Notes: generated from the sequence alone by a model not told the origin. A stretch of DNA of 64,000 nucleotides from Haliotis rufescens (GCF_023055435.1 NW_025964223.1:39928001-39992000), one strand, 5' to 3'; numbered from the stretch's first letter, positions 1 through 13,557 are shown. Numbers and translations: made by a program.

Positions 1-461
1 AAAGGTCACACGAATACATATTATTTCTCAGCGACAAGCCTACCTTAGGGTGAGAAATATAAACAAATGAAACTATTGTGTTTGATTTCAAATATACTAT
101 ATCGTGTTGTTTAATAATTGTTGGTTTTATTAACCACAAACTGTTTTAGGAAATAACCTCAAAATAACGAAACATACTTACATAGTTTTCTTCCTACCTT
201 ATCTTGACGAATATACACCCGCATAATAGAAACTGGGTTGTTCTGGTGTAATCATGAACTTTTTCGCATAACAAAAGCATAATATCTTTTCATGTTTACT
301 TGAAACAGTTGTCTTTCATCAAGATGCAGATTAACCAGACTCTCCTGGGAAATCTAATTTATTGCGGACACAATAGAGATAAGGCTTTGTTATGTGAAGT
401 CTTCACTGAAGCAGAGTAATTTTTTGCTGCATTTGTGTTCACAATCTTGAATGTTACACTT

Positions 462-2990
462 GTATGTTACATACGTTATTGTAACTGTAGATACACATGT
501 GTGTTACATACGCCATTGTAACTGTAGATACACGTGTATGTTACATACGTCATTGTTACTGTAGATACACGTGTATGTGACATACGTCATTGTAACTGTA
601 GATACACATGTATGTTACATACGTTATCGTAACTGTAGATACACGTGAATGTTACATACGTTATTGTAACTGTAGATACACGTGTATGTTACATACGTTA
701 TCGTAACTGTAGATACACATGTATGTTACATACGCCATTGTAACTGTAGATACACGTGTGTGTTACACACGTCATTGTAACTGTAGATACACGTGAATGT
801 TACATACGTTATTGTAACTGTAGATACACATGTATGTTACATACGCCATTGTAACTGTAGATACACATGTATGTTACATACGTCATTGTAACTGTAGAGA
901 CACGTGAATGTTACATACGTCATTGTAACTGTAGATACACATGTATGTTACATACGTTATTGTAACTGTAGATACACGTGAATGTTACATACGTTATTGT
1001 AACTGTAGATACACGTGTATGTTACATACGTTATTGTAACTGTAGATACACGTGTATGTTACATACGTTATTGTAACTGTAGATACACGTGTATGTTACA
1101 TACGTCATTGTAACTGTAGATACACGTGAATGTTACATACGTTATTGTAACTGTAGATACACGTGTATGTTACATACGTTATTGTAACTGTAGATACACG
1201 TGTATGTTACATACGTTATTGTAACTGTAGATACACGTGTATGTTACATACGTTATCGTAACTGTAGATACACGTGAATGTTACATACGTTATTGTAACT
1301 GTAGATACACGTGTATGTTACATACGTTATTGTAACTGTAGATACACGTGTATGTTACATACGTTATTGTAACTGTAGATACACGTGAATGTTACATACG
1401 TTATTGTAACTGTAGATACACATGTATGTTACATACGTCATTGTAACTGTAGATACACTTGTATGTTACATACGTTATTGTAACTGTAGATACACGTGTA
1501 TGTTACATACGTTATTGTAACTGTAGATACACGTGTATGTTACATACGTCATTGTAACTGTAGATACACGTGTATGTTACATACGTTATTGTAACTGTAG
1601 ATACACTTGTATGTTACATACGTTATTGTAACTGTAGATACACATGTGTGTTACATACGCCATTGTAACTGTAGATACACGTGTATGTTACATACGTTAT
1701 TGTAACTGTAGATACACATGTGTGTTACATACGCCATTGTAACTGTAGATACACGTGTATGTTACATACGTCATTGTTACTGTAGATACACGTGTATGTG
1801 ACATACGTTTTTGTCACTGTAGATACACATGTGTATGTTACATACGTTATTGTAACTGTAGATACACGTGTATGTTACATGTGTTATTGTCACTGTAGAT
1901 ACACATGTATGTCACATACGTTATTGTAACTGTAGAAACATGTGTATGTTACATACGTTATTGTAACTGTAGATACACGTGTATGTTACATACGTTATTG
2001 TAACTGTAGATACACGTGTATGTTACATACGTTATTGTAACTGTAGATACACTTGTATGTAACATACGTTTTTGTAACTGTAGATACACATGTGTATGTT
2101 ACATACGCCATTGTAACTGTAGATACACGTGTGTGTTACATACGTCATTGTTACTGTAGATACACGTGTATGTGACATACGTTTTTGTCACTGTAGATAC
2201 ACGTGTATGTTACATACGTTATTGTAACTGTAGATCCACGTGTATGTTACATGCGTTATTGTCACTGTAGATACACGTGTATGTTACATACGTTATTGTA
2301 ACTGTAGATACACGTGTATGTTACATACGTCATTGTAGCTGGAGATACACATGTATGTTATATACGTTTTTGTAACTGTAGATACACGTGTATGTTACAT
2401 ACGTTATTGTAACTGAAGATACACGTGTATGTTACATACGTTAATGTCACTGTAGATACACGTGTATGTCACATACGTTATTGTAACTCTAGATACACGT
2501 GTATGTTACATACGTTATTGTAACTGTAGATACACGTGTATGTTACATACGTTATTGTAACTGTAGATACACGTGTATGTCAAATACGTTATTGTAACTG
2601 TAGATACATGTGTATGTTACATACGTTAGTGTAACTGTAGATACACGTGTATGTTACATACGCCATAGTAACTGTAGATACACGTGTATGTTACTTACGT
2701 TATTGTAACTGTAGATACACATGTATGTTACATACGTTATTGTAACTGTAGATACACGTGTATGTTACATACACCATTGTAACTGTAGATACACGTGTAT
2801 GTTACTTACGTTATTGTAACTGTAGATACACGTGTATGTTACATACGTCATTGTAACTGGAGATACACATGTATGTTACATACGTTATTGTAACTGTAGA
2901 TACACGTGTATGTTACATACGTTATTATAACTGTAGATACACATGTGTGTTACATACGCCATTGTAACTGTAGATACGCGTGTATGTTAC
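462..2990. repeat. 37-bp minisatellite, about 68 copies (consensus GTTACATACGTTATTGTAACTGTAGATACACGTGTAT)
   Basis: TGTAACTG recurs at 961 and 998, giving period 37. Units are head-to-tail with point variants and occasional 39-bp units, and there are no unique spacers. Confidence 0.97.
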
Positions 2991-3308
2991 AAGTGGGAAT
3001 TGAAAAGACTTAAAGACGTTCATTGTTATGTTGGACGTGATAATTAAACGTTTTGCATTAATTAATTTTGCATTGGTTTCGGTTGTGAAAGGCGTCTTTG
3101 GTTCACTTATTTTGACGCGAAGCGGCATTACCGTTGTAGTTGTAACCATAACGATAGTAGATAGTGGTGCTGTTGCAATAGTCGTATCGTATTGCTTCGC
3201 TAGTTAATTATCCTGAAAGTATTGTGTTGCACCGAATTACCTCTTAGCGAGCGTCAGTAATGCAAGTAAAAGTAGTAAGTTTGTTCACATATATACTGTA
3301 TAGTTGTA

Positions 3309-3428
3309 TACAACATCCACCCTCTCACTCGATACAGCAAGCACGGACAATGGGGTAATGGATCGGTACAACATCCACCCTCTCACTCGATACAGCAAGC
3401 AAGGACAATGAAGTAATGGATCGGTACG
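3309..3428. repeat. 58-bp direct tandem duplication (2 copies)
   Basis: TACAACATCCACCCTCTCACTCGATACAGCAAGCA... starts at 3309 and again at 3367. Confidence 0.9.
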
Positions 3429-4243
3429 ACGTTTGCGACCAGGTGTTCAGCAATAGTCAGATACTCAGTGTATTTGGTCGGAACAAAGGATTCGTGTTAA
3501 CATAGTTAGCATGCACGTGTGTCTCCATGGCCAGCTTGTGCTTATTCGTCCCTTTGAACGGACGATATACTAACTTCAATGCAACGAAACAAAACAACTA
3601 TTCTTAATTAAAGGTACAAAAGAGTGCGCGCTTATATTAGGTAGCGTTTAGCGATTTCAGAGTTTTGAAAACAGGGAATTGGCTTTAATCCTTGCGCCTA
3701 CAGGTATACCGGGAATCAAACCGACATGACAAGCTAACGGCTTAACCGCAAGGCTACCCGTCGCCCCATGCACTGAATGTGGTATTTCACAGAGTCACGT
3801 TTTGATTGTCCTGATAAGAAATGTTAAAAGATATATTTACGACTGATAGATGTGCACATTCATTTAAACAAGAATATGAATATATAATTAGGTGATACCA
3901 ACGCTTTAAGTGCTCTTTTGGTTGATGCCTGAAACGATAACAAGTTCGGTGTCGTTGTTCGATGAATTGAATATTTCTAAAAGCACTTCAAATATTTACT
4001 TCTGAAGCAACAAGAGAACGCAAATAACATGCAATCAGATTGGATTCAATTACTATTTCTCTACAGATGTTTATGCTTGAACATCCATTGTTTTCTGAAC
4101 AGAATACGTCTTTAAGTATGAATTCTTTATGAGCCTTTGCTAAATATCTTTTGATGGCAAATATTGAACTTGAGATGTGGTATCTCTTTGAAAAAACCCG
4201 CAGTATTGCCACGTGTGTGTCGCAGTATTAAGGTGTGTCTATT

Positions 4244-4590
4244 GGTGAGGTGAGGTGTAATGGGGTTTAACGTAGTGTTCAAGGTTAAATAGCGACGTGC
4301 ATGCATGCATGCATGTGTGTTGCTGCTTGTACTAGTCCGGACTAATGCCGAGTTTACAGTGCTAGCCAACTGAGATACCATGCCGCAGTTTAACATGAAT
4401 ACCCCTCTCAGACACAGTATACTGTCTCCGAGCCGACCAGTCCTTGTTTTGTCCTCTTAATGCCGAGCGGCAGACAGAATAACAACAAGTACCATCTGTT
4501 AACGTCATTTGGTATGACGCGGCCGGGGATCGAACCACGGACCTTCCGCACTCTGAGCGGACGCTCTGCCAGGAGACCATGGAGGCGGAC
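4244..4590 (-). mobile_element. tRNA-derived SINE, family C (possibly Meta-domain type)
   Basis: On the minus strand: tRNA-like head with B box GGTTCGATCCC, then GTCATACCAAATGACGTTAACAGATGGTACTTG, and a (CACCT)n tail. Related copies at 14722-15090, 28525-28830 and 39620-39777. Confidence 0.75.
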
Positions 4591-5294
4591 AAGTGTCTAT
4601 TGGACTAATATCATTAAACCATAACCGTGACCCGATCCTCAATTGCGCTGATAAAAATAAATCTTACCCTACCTATTACCTTCATTGCATTTAAATGGCC
4701 TCGGACAATTCATCAGCATTGAAAGTAATACAATGAATCTGAAGTTGAAAGAAGTACATATCTATCTAAAAGCCACACATGACCTACTGACAAGAGTGTA
4801 TACCGTATTTCCCTGATCAGTATTGTTATCAAGGTACATTACATTTAAGCTATAAATCCATTCAAATCAGAACGACTACCATGGCATTGTGTGAACGCTT
4901 TGTTTTATACTGTGTGTGTGAGAGTCTTTGTAACGATATTGTCATTGTTCTTGACAAGCCCTAAACATTACCTAGACAACAAACTAGACATCACTTGAAT
5001 GAAAGAGAAACTCACACAGTATGATCTACGTGCCAGAGTCACCTATTTGTGGAATAAGGCTCTTTGGACGTTTGTCATGATCGAGGGATCGAATTCGCCA
5101 TTATAGATACCGTGTACAATAGAAAGTATAAAAGCATAGTTTGGGTCTGTTTGTCGTTTTGTTGAACTGGAATTAATTTCTTTCGATCGACATTCTGAGA
5201 ATACCCTTGCAGCCATTTTTGTGCATTTTCAATGTAGGACAGAGTGGCCTGTTTCCGACAGTTTCAAGATCTTGCTGACGTCGTGTCATTATTG

Positions 5295-5560
5295 GGGCAC
5301 CTGCTACAGTCATCTTATTCGCTGTGCAGGGTTGTGTCTCCTAGGCGTGTGAGAAAACCTATGATTGTGTTCGAATCCCTGTCCACCCTGTTTCTAGATT
5401 TGTCAGTATCGTAACCGTGCCTGTGGGCTTCACCAAAGTGGTAATCGTCTAACTTCCAAAGACCTGCATCACTTCGGGCTTTCCTCCCACATCAAGCTGA
5501 CACGCAGTTTTATAACAGAAATACTTGGCAAAGTGGCACTGAACCCAATTCACATACTCA
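5295..5560 (+). mobile_element. tRNA-derived SINE, family A (degenerate)
   Basis: Contains GTTCGAATCCC, ...TTTGTCAG..CGTG..GTGGGCTTCACC... and TTCCTCCCACATCAAGCTGACACG, matching the other family A copies. Confidence 0.75.
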
Positions 5561-5960
5561 ATTTTTTTAGAAGAAATAGTTTTAAACTTTTGCATTCATC
5601 AGTCCCGCACTTGAACTTCTTATCATCGTTTAGCTGTTAGATTGAAGTTTAGCCTGTGTCACCATGTACTGAATTGTGGTCACAGCAGATAAGTCAACAC
5701 GGATCTAGACCACTGTGATTTGACAGAGAGCAAAATAAGTCACCAATCTAGAGCAGGTCGCGTTGTTATCAATTGTTATACACAGTTTCAAGACACAAAA
5801 TATTTAACTACAACAGGTCAATTTAAAACGCTGAAACCTTATTGTTTTACGTTTGATTAAACCACGGCATTTACAATATGTACAGTCATGTAAATAACTC
5901 TACAGAATTATTTCGGTATTAAAACTAAAACTACCAGTTGCTGTCATTTCATCATGATAT

Positions 5961-8900
5961 TTAATATTTTCCGTTTGATGTGATGAGTTGCGCTGTTACA
6001 AGCGCCACTGAAGACACATATCCCTCCAGAGCCTGGTTGGAAAAGTAAACACGGACTGTGTTAGTGGTCGTTAACAAAGAGGTAGGGACATCAAACTCCC
6101 AAACTTCCCACCAGGTCTTCTTGTCAGACTTTTCGGAATCATACAATTTATAGAAAGAGTCAAGAGTCTGGAGATTGAAGGTAACAGCTGTTAAGTTGTT
6201 TGTTTCATTGACGGGAAGACTGGTAGAAACTCGCAATTTTGCATTTTGGAATTCACCATTTGGTAGAGATATGGTTGTTTCGGGAATGTTATTCTTGATC
6301 GGTATAACCATATCAGCTCCGTAGTATGTGGTTTCATTGAGAGTGATTTTTGGCAGTTGGTCTGAAGGGGTCTTGAATGTAAAGCGACACGTTGCCTCGG
6401 GAGGAAGTTCAACCATTCCCTGAGTATTCCGAATGTCGAAGGGTTCGTTGAATGTGATGATTGGATTCCAGTTGTCCTTGATTGTGATGCAAGTAGCTTC
6501 TCCCGTGGTCGGTGTTATCCAGTCGTCTTGGAACGTTAGCTTGATGGTCTGGGACTTTTGAGAATAGCTATGAAGGAGAATGACGGTTTCATTATTGAAG
6601 GGACTGGACATTGCTAACGGTGACACTGTGCGTTCCTGCCCGTCACATTGGCTGGTGGTTCTGATGAAGGAGTACTCTGTCGTGAAATTGTACCAAAACT
6701 CAAAAGCGTCCACAATACGCGTTGGTTTCCCTTGACGATTAAAAAGTGACCAGTTGAGACTAGCATCTCCTGGGGATTGTTCATTGGATAGAAGAAACAC
6801 AACTCCTCTCTCAACGTATTCCCTAAGACTTAGTTGGGTGAATCTATGGGCATTTGCTTGGTATATTGTTGAAAAGTCCACTATACCAGATGGAGCATAT
6901 TTGTCAATTCCCTCCACGGGTCCACGGCCATATTCACTGATAACAAGAGGGATAATCTTTCCTTTCCTTTGATTGGCGTAGTTTTCAACAAGGTCGACAA
7001 ATGCTACCAGTCGCGCTTCATTCATACCAGTAAATCGGTGAGATTTCCCCGAAACAACAAGTGTGTTGTATGAATGAAAGGAAAACGTGTCTAAATAGTC
7101 TAAAGTGACATCCATGAAGCTTGCTACCTGTTTCCAGTACGAAAAATTGTTTATGTCTGACATCTCTGTATATCCATCGAGTGTAGGGCCAGATACTTTG
7201 ATGTTAAATCTGGCATGGAGTTTCTCAGCAACTGTCTTGTGGAAAATGGAGACAGTCGTGAAATTCATGATCTGCCATTGAGAATCTGGTTCATTGATGA
7301 CCTCGAAGTATGGTGGGATCTGACCTTGGGTGTAGTCGTAAACTCCTTGCATCATCAACAACATGAACTCTGAAGCAGCATCGATATTGTTGGGGAACTG
7401 GCCTTCATGTTGGGACTGATTCATCCATTTCGGCCAGAAAACACCTGAAGACACATAGAATATGAAAGTCACATTCATCTATTTGTTTTTTTAGAATTGC
7501 ATGACATGTCATTCTGGGCTTAATGTGGATTTTCAGAATAGGTCTGCAATACTACTTTATTTCACATGAGCTATGTTTAGAAGTAGTAAACCCGTTTTAC
7601 CTTTGAAATGTAACGCCAAGCTTTAAGGTGTGTATATGCCTGTCAACATTTTAAGGGTTGATCTTGAACATATTTATATAGTTTTTAATCTTTTTTTGTT
7701 GCCACCAAATATCAGAAGTTTGGTTTCAGATACATTGATATTAAGGGGGGCACGGGTGGCCCAATTCGCTGTGCAGTGTTGTGTCACTTATGCATGCAAG
7801 AAACCTATGATTGTGGGTTCGCCTCTTTATGTATCTAGGTTTGTCAGCACCGTACCCGTGCTGATTGGTTTCACTTAGTGGTAAACGTCCGAGACCTTCA
7901 TCATTTAGGGGTTTCCTCCAACATTAAACTGACACGCCCTGATATAACTGGCATACCGTTCAACGCGGCGTTAAACCAAACTCACCCACTCACTTATTGA
8001 TACCCATAACTATAACAATTGAAATAAATCTAGCATTAGCTGCAGTTCTTTGGCTTTTGTTGATACAAGAACAGTTTCAATCGCATATAACAATACAAAT
8101 AAGTAAAAACACATGCAATGCAATCAAGCAATAAAGTACTTTAAGCTGAACACTTTGCAATTCGAAGTGCTCCTCCTCCTTCAGGAACATGGAAAACAGA
8201 AGTGTACGTAGATTTTGTCTAATGCCCTCTTTGTCTGGAAAAACTGTTTGAAAGCTGTTGAAATTAACACATGACATTTTATGTTTTGATATATATTAAT
8301 ATAACGTTGAAACGTTTTTCAGACAGTATTTATTTCAATAGTTTTAAGTCCTATTCGCCAAACCGAGTTAAATATATTTGTTAAGCCGATAAATACACTT
8401 TCATTTTGGGGAAACTTTTAATTCAAGCTGTCTCCAGAGAAAATGTGAAGAGAAACACGTTTGCAATTTGTACTGATATGATATTGTTTGTTTTGATAAA
8501 TGCTGTACGTTGTGCGCTAAAATAGACATGAAAAGTTTCGAAATGCACCTTAGCAGTGTGATTCGCCTATAATTTCCGGGCCCTTAGAATTTCCTTTATT
8601 TTTATAAATAGGTTTGAAAAAAGCGTGTGAATAGTGTGACATATACATCAACATCAACTGTTGAAAGTATAGATTATTTAATAGCATACCAATTCCAGCT
8701 GCTTTGCTACTTTAGAGTACACTTGCAAAATGTACTATAATTTCCGCTATACATGTAGTATCATATATACATGTAGATATTGTAAATCCATACTCACTCA
8801 CTACATTCTACCATGACGAGGTGAACGCTGTAAACACGATACTCATTTGGAATGATATTATTATAATGAAAATGCCAGCTATCTTAGAAAATTCCGACAA

Positions 8901-11900
8901 GGCGTCACAGGTAGTGAAGGAAATAACAAATTATATTCAAGTTCAAGATTAACTACTTGTATTATTGACTGATTTAAACAATGTTTACAAATACACAGCT
9001 TGTTATAAAAGAAGTGATCAAATAACAATTCATTGATACATAGTTAAGTTCATCGCAACCTGTTGCATATGTTCCACTGCTTGGACTTAAATCATTTCTT
9101 GGAAATCAGCATGACATCTCCCACCGTATGAGTGACATGTTGTAGAAGTAGTGCCACAAAATGCTGAATTAGTTTCTTTCTAAACAAGCCTTATTAATTA
9201 ACATTTTAGTTATTTTTATGTTGTACATATGAACCATTTGGTTTGCAATTACTTTCAAAAAGTAATACATATTCAGAATGACTATCTCGTCACCTTGAAC
9301 CTGGTTGAATTGACTTGGGTGCAACAGTAGCTGTCCATTGTGACTGTGCTATTTACAAATTACGTCTAGAAGATAATCCCGCTTTGTAATTATGTTCAAC
9401 AATAACCTGGCGATTTACTTTAGGAAATGAGCCTGCTGGCACATCATTGCCGACGGAACCACCCTGAAATATACTGAACAACAAAAGTTCCTGTGACATT
9501 GAACAAGATTTAATGCAAAGTTATTTTTTTTACCAAATCTGAAACAATTTCGGTTTGCAACAGATACAAAAACTCCTGTAAGTGTTCAAATAGTTTAATT
9601 TACCATACTGACTACTGATTTCATAAAAAATATGAACATGCCAAAATGTCAATTTACAAATCAATAGCGTGTGTATCCACCTCTGGTTTGCGATGCAAGC
9701 AACACATCTTCGTCTCATGGAATGGACCAGGCGTCGCACAAAGTCCTGTGGGATATCTGTCTATATCTGCTGGAGCATGTTTCGAAGCTCCTGGAGTGTC
9801 TGTGGAACACGCGGTTGACGTCGAAGGCGCCGATCCATCTCATCCCACATGTTCTCGATTGGTGAGAGATCAGGGGAGCGAGCCGGCCAGGGGATGATAT
9901 TCACGTTGTTTTGTTGAAGAGAATCCTGAACAAGTCGAGCAATACGAGGCCGGGCGTTGTCATGTTGAAAAGTAATGCCTGTGCCATGACGACGCAAAAA
10001 CGGTAGAACAACAGGGTCGATGATCTCGTCGCGGTAGCGCTGTCCATTGAGATTTCCCTCTACCACTATCAAAAAGGTCCTGTTTTGCTATAATCTCAAC
10101 CAATACCATAACGATGCCGTCCCGAACGATCTTCTTCCATGACACAATGATTGACGTAACGTTCACCTCGACGTTGGTACACTCGAATCCGCTGTCTGCA
10201 CCACTATAGACGTGCTTAACGACGTCTGGCGGGTCTTCTGGCGATAATCCCTGCACATCTGAGGCGACGACGTACGGTTTGTGAAGATATTCGTCAAAGG
10301 CCAGGGATGCTTCTTGCAGTCACTGTTGCTGGCTGGAATCGATTACGTAGGTGTGTTGTTCGAATCCAGTTGTCTTGTCGATTATTGGTTACGCGTGGCC
10401 TGCCACTCCGAGGATGGTCTCTGACTGCATTCGTCTGTTGCTAACGTTCCCATAAACACCAAATGGTGTTTCTGTGGACGTTAAATCTTGCAACATCACG
10501 TTGACTCGCTCCTGCTTCAAGCATACCAATGGCTCGCAGACGCTCATTTTCGGACAGGCGTGGCATTTTGTAATGTTGAATAATTGCGTAATTGTGTTGT
10601 TTTTCTGAGTGGTTGTTGTCAGCAAGATGCTAAACAATGCCTATGGAATCCCGTTAACGCACATGTTTTTATACCCATTCTTGGGTAGTGAAATCCATGG
10701 GGCTAGCATAAAAGTCAACTTTTGCATGGAATGCATGCTTTTCTGTAGCAGTTGCGTATTTGTGACTTGATTCCATATATGTACTACAATAGTGAAAGCC
10801 AAACTTTACTTGTAAAATATTGGTGTCACAGGAACTTTTGTTGTTGAGTATACGTCTGAATACCGCCGTTTTTTAGCTGAAGACCAGCCGGGTTTTGCGC
10901 AACATGTTAAACTACTATTGTTTGTGACACAGTGGTTAGTGTATCTTTTACTTAAGTGTATGTGTTCCGAAATAGATTTCATCATGTTTGATAAGTTATG
11001 CTTGGTATTTGTACCAGTAAGTGACAAAAACATCTGATAATCTTCCGATATCAAACGGATACAGTTCGAATGGGTTATCGGCAATCATTGTTACATGCAT
11101 CGATATGTAGGCTATCGATAGATTGATGTATTCACACACATATGTTTTGTGAAAAGCCAGCATAATTAAGAGATATCCAAAAGAGTTATAAGTGCATCTC
11201 ATCCCAAGGCTACACTATAATCGTGTTTTAATCATAGGCACCTTCTTCCCTTGATATCCACAAACACTACAGGTCTTACAGATTATTTTCTATCTCTAAT
11301 GGCTGAACCATTGAAACAATGTTTCTAAAGCAAACTCTTTTGTGAGCCTGATCATGACGCTCACTTTTGACAGGTGTGACTTTTGACTTTTGTTCTCAGC
11401 AGTGTTGCAGCTGTGTGGAGCCGTCCTGTAAATAATCAACCCTAGGCCAAACAATCCAGAGATTGATCCGCACCAGGTAACCGAGCCTGACCACTAGATC
11501 CATTTGGTCGCTTCTAACACATCAACAAGCTTAGCTTGCCTGGGACTTATTCTGATCCCACGTTCCCACATGTTGTCAGTGGATATTGAACTCATATGAT
11601 TTAGTGACTAACATGCAAATATGAATACCTTCATACGCTTGGCGATTTCAGTTACATTACTTATAAATGAGGGATTGGTTTCTGTACAATCTTACCTTTC
11701 GCCACCATGATCATTTCATTCTTATAACCACTGTTAATATTGGCAAGGTAGTCTGAGAACAGTTCTTGTTGCTTGGTGACGTTCTTAAGGTAGCTGGGAT
11801 CAGGGTAGCCGCTACGGTTTGGGTCCTCTGGCCACTATATAATGAATAAGTACAACATATGGCTCATATGACCCATCAAGAATTAATTGATCTAAGTAAG

Positions 11901-12595
11901 CGAAAAAAGACAACGATAGTTCCAAAGTAGTCTTGCCACTATAAAATCAAGAATAGCGTTATGGCCTTCTACAACCTTACAATTCTAAATTACGTTTCAG
12001 TGGAACGCGTCTCAGTATTGTGTGTGAACAGATTTGTAAAACATGGGCTTCAACCACATAAATTCGGAGCTGTACACAAATAAAAATATGAATAAAATGA
12101 ATATGTCGAATCCTAACCTGGAGATGGACACATGCCTATTGAGACCAGCCTTAATTTGTGAGCCTATGTTGATCCAAGTGAGTGAGGTTTCTATTCATAA
12201 ATTTCTGGTAGAATGGCCTCTAGAAACAATATTTTTTACATCAATTTCAGTATGAACGAATTCAATATTCAGAATATATTTGGAAAACAATATGTTCTTG
12301 TATAAATTTACATAAGAGAACGAAGTAGATTACAGCACGAGGAAGAAAGTCTCACATCTTGGAACAGACGATCATTTAGATCTCTGTTCATCCAGCGCCC
12401 ACTGTCAGTCCGAATGCTCCGACAACTTGGTATCAGGTATTCCTGTTCCAGACCATTGTGCTTGCTCCATCTGTCACGCTCATAGCGAACATTACCCCCC
12501 TTTGCTAGCCACTGAGGATAGATAGTCACAGTCGTGTTACTGTATACTCTAGCTATTGACAGGCTCAAAATGAAAGAGATGAGTGTGCATTTCAT
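5961..12595 (-). CDS. Secreted GH86-like beta-porphyranase/beta-agarase, copy 1 (intact, 620 aa). Exons 12356-12595, 11696-11834, 5961-7444
   Basis: GT-AG sites (GAT|GTGAGA; TAG|TGG; AAAG|GTAAG; CAG|GT). Exons 240+139+1484 nt splice in frame. Signal peptide MKCTLISFILSLSIARVYS; motifs WPEDPNRSGYPD, FEVINEPD, FSFHSYN, ISEYG and C-terminal GYVSSVALV. Family assignment is from recalled motif similarity, not a database search. Confidence 0.88.
7746..7994 (+). mobile_element. tRNA-derived SINE, family A (intron 2 of copy 1)
   Basis: GGGGCACGGGTGGCCCA head, conserved body and ACTCACCCACTCAC tail. Confidence 0.8.
9472..10850 (-). mobile_element. Full-length but defective Tc1/mariner (DD34E-type) DNA transposon in intron 2 of copy 1
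   Basis: TIRs of about 27 bp (TACTGAACAACAAAAGTTCCTGTGACA / TGTCACAGGAACTTTTGTTGTTGAGTA) flanked by TA at 9470-9471 and 10851-10852. Transposase from ATG at 10566 (MPRLSENERLRAIGML...) with a stop and frameshifts; motifs FQHDNARP and WPARSPDLSPIEN. Confidence 0.93.
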
Positions 12596-12639
12596 TGTCG
12601 ATGCTTTCTCCCCAAAAGAATATGTGTTCTTCTATAAAG

Positions 12640-12730
12640 TCAGTGTTTTATGGCATGAACATAATCATTGCTTATCGTTGACCTTTACACCGCCACAAAC
12701 AGCGTCCTATTAACCAATATTTGATAAGAA
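12640..12730 (-). promoter_or_regulatory. Putative proximal promoter of copy 1 (TATA-like, GATA, TGACCT half-site)
   Basis: CATAAAA on the minus strand about 55 nt upstream of the ATG, CTTATCGTTGACCT at 12671-12684 and TGATAAG at about 12722. The same arrangement recurs upstream of other copies. Confidence 0.5.
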
Positions 12731-13557
12731 AACAGACCGAATTTAACAGTAGATGTGGGGCTACAGTGTAGTGTAGACGTAGGTGTCTGTGCTAGACACG
12801 CAGCGCGTTTGTGTGCTGAGACAACCTTTGGAGACACAGAGCCAAGTTTACCGAACTATTATTGTCAATGCCACAGTGGTAACAATCCTCATATCCCTGT
12901 CACATAGTTATTTTTACAGGATACAAAATACAATATATCTTCAAATTATTATGCTTTAAACAGCCCTGAATCATTACGTTATTATATGTTAATCGTTATG
13001 TAGCTGAAGCTAATTTTATTTTTAATGCAAGTTTAACATTGCCAAAGAGTAATACTATCGTATTATTTCACAGAGAACAGCTTCGTTTGTTATCACATCA
13101 CATGATGGTTTGTTCAGGTCACAAAAGTCTGTGATACTCAACATTTCGCTATTAAACCACACGAATTCAATTATTCATTATTCCGCCTCGGGAAAAAGTT
13201 GTACGGCTATCAAAACCTGTCTCCTAAAGTTCGGAAGAAGAAAACTTAGAAATATATACTCTTTGGTATACTATTAGTGTTTGAGATATTAACATGTGCT
13301 AAAGACACAATAAAAATCTTTGGAAGCAATTTCAAAATTTCATCTGAAACATAAGGGTGCTTTTGGGAGGTAATATAGTTCAACATTGTAGAACATTTGA
13401 TTCAAGGTGTATTCTGTTTCCGTAATCTCATTGGCAGTTTGGATTTTCTAATTAACTCTCTACGTTAACGTTTATTATTGTCACATTGGCTGTCGAAGAT
13501 CAGACTTATTATAAAGAAAACACCAAATACGATCGCATGTTACCAATAATTAAGGAA

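Noticed and set aside
462-2990. CRISPR array (37-bp palindromic repeats)
   Set aside because: Units are contiguous with no unique spacers, there are no cas genes, and the context is eukaryotic.
462-2990. Repetitive coding region
   Set aside because: The period of 37 is not a multiple of 3 and the ORF track shows no long ORF through the repeat.
12308-12595. Independent small secreted peptide genes (80-124 aa ORFs)
   Set aside because: They are exon 1 of the hydrolase genes; similarity stops exactly at the GAT|GTGAG donor.
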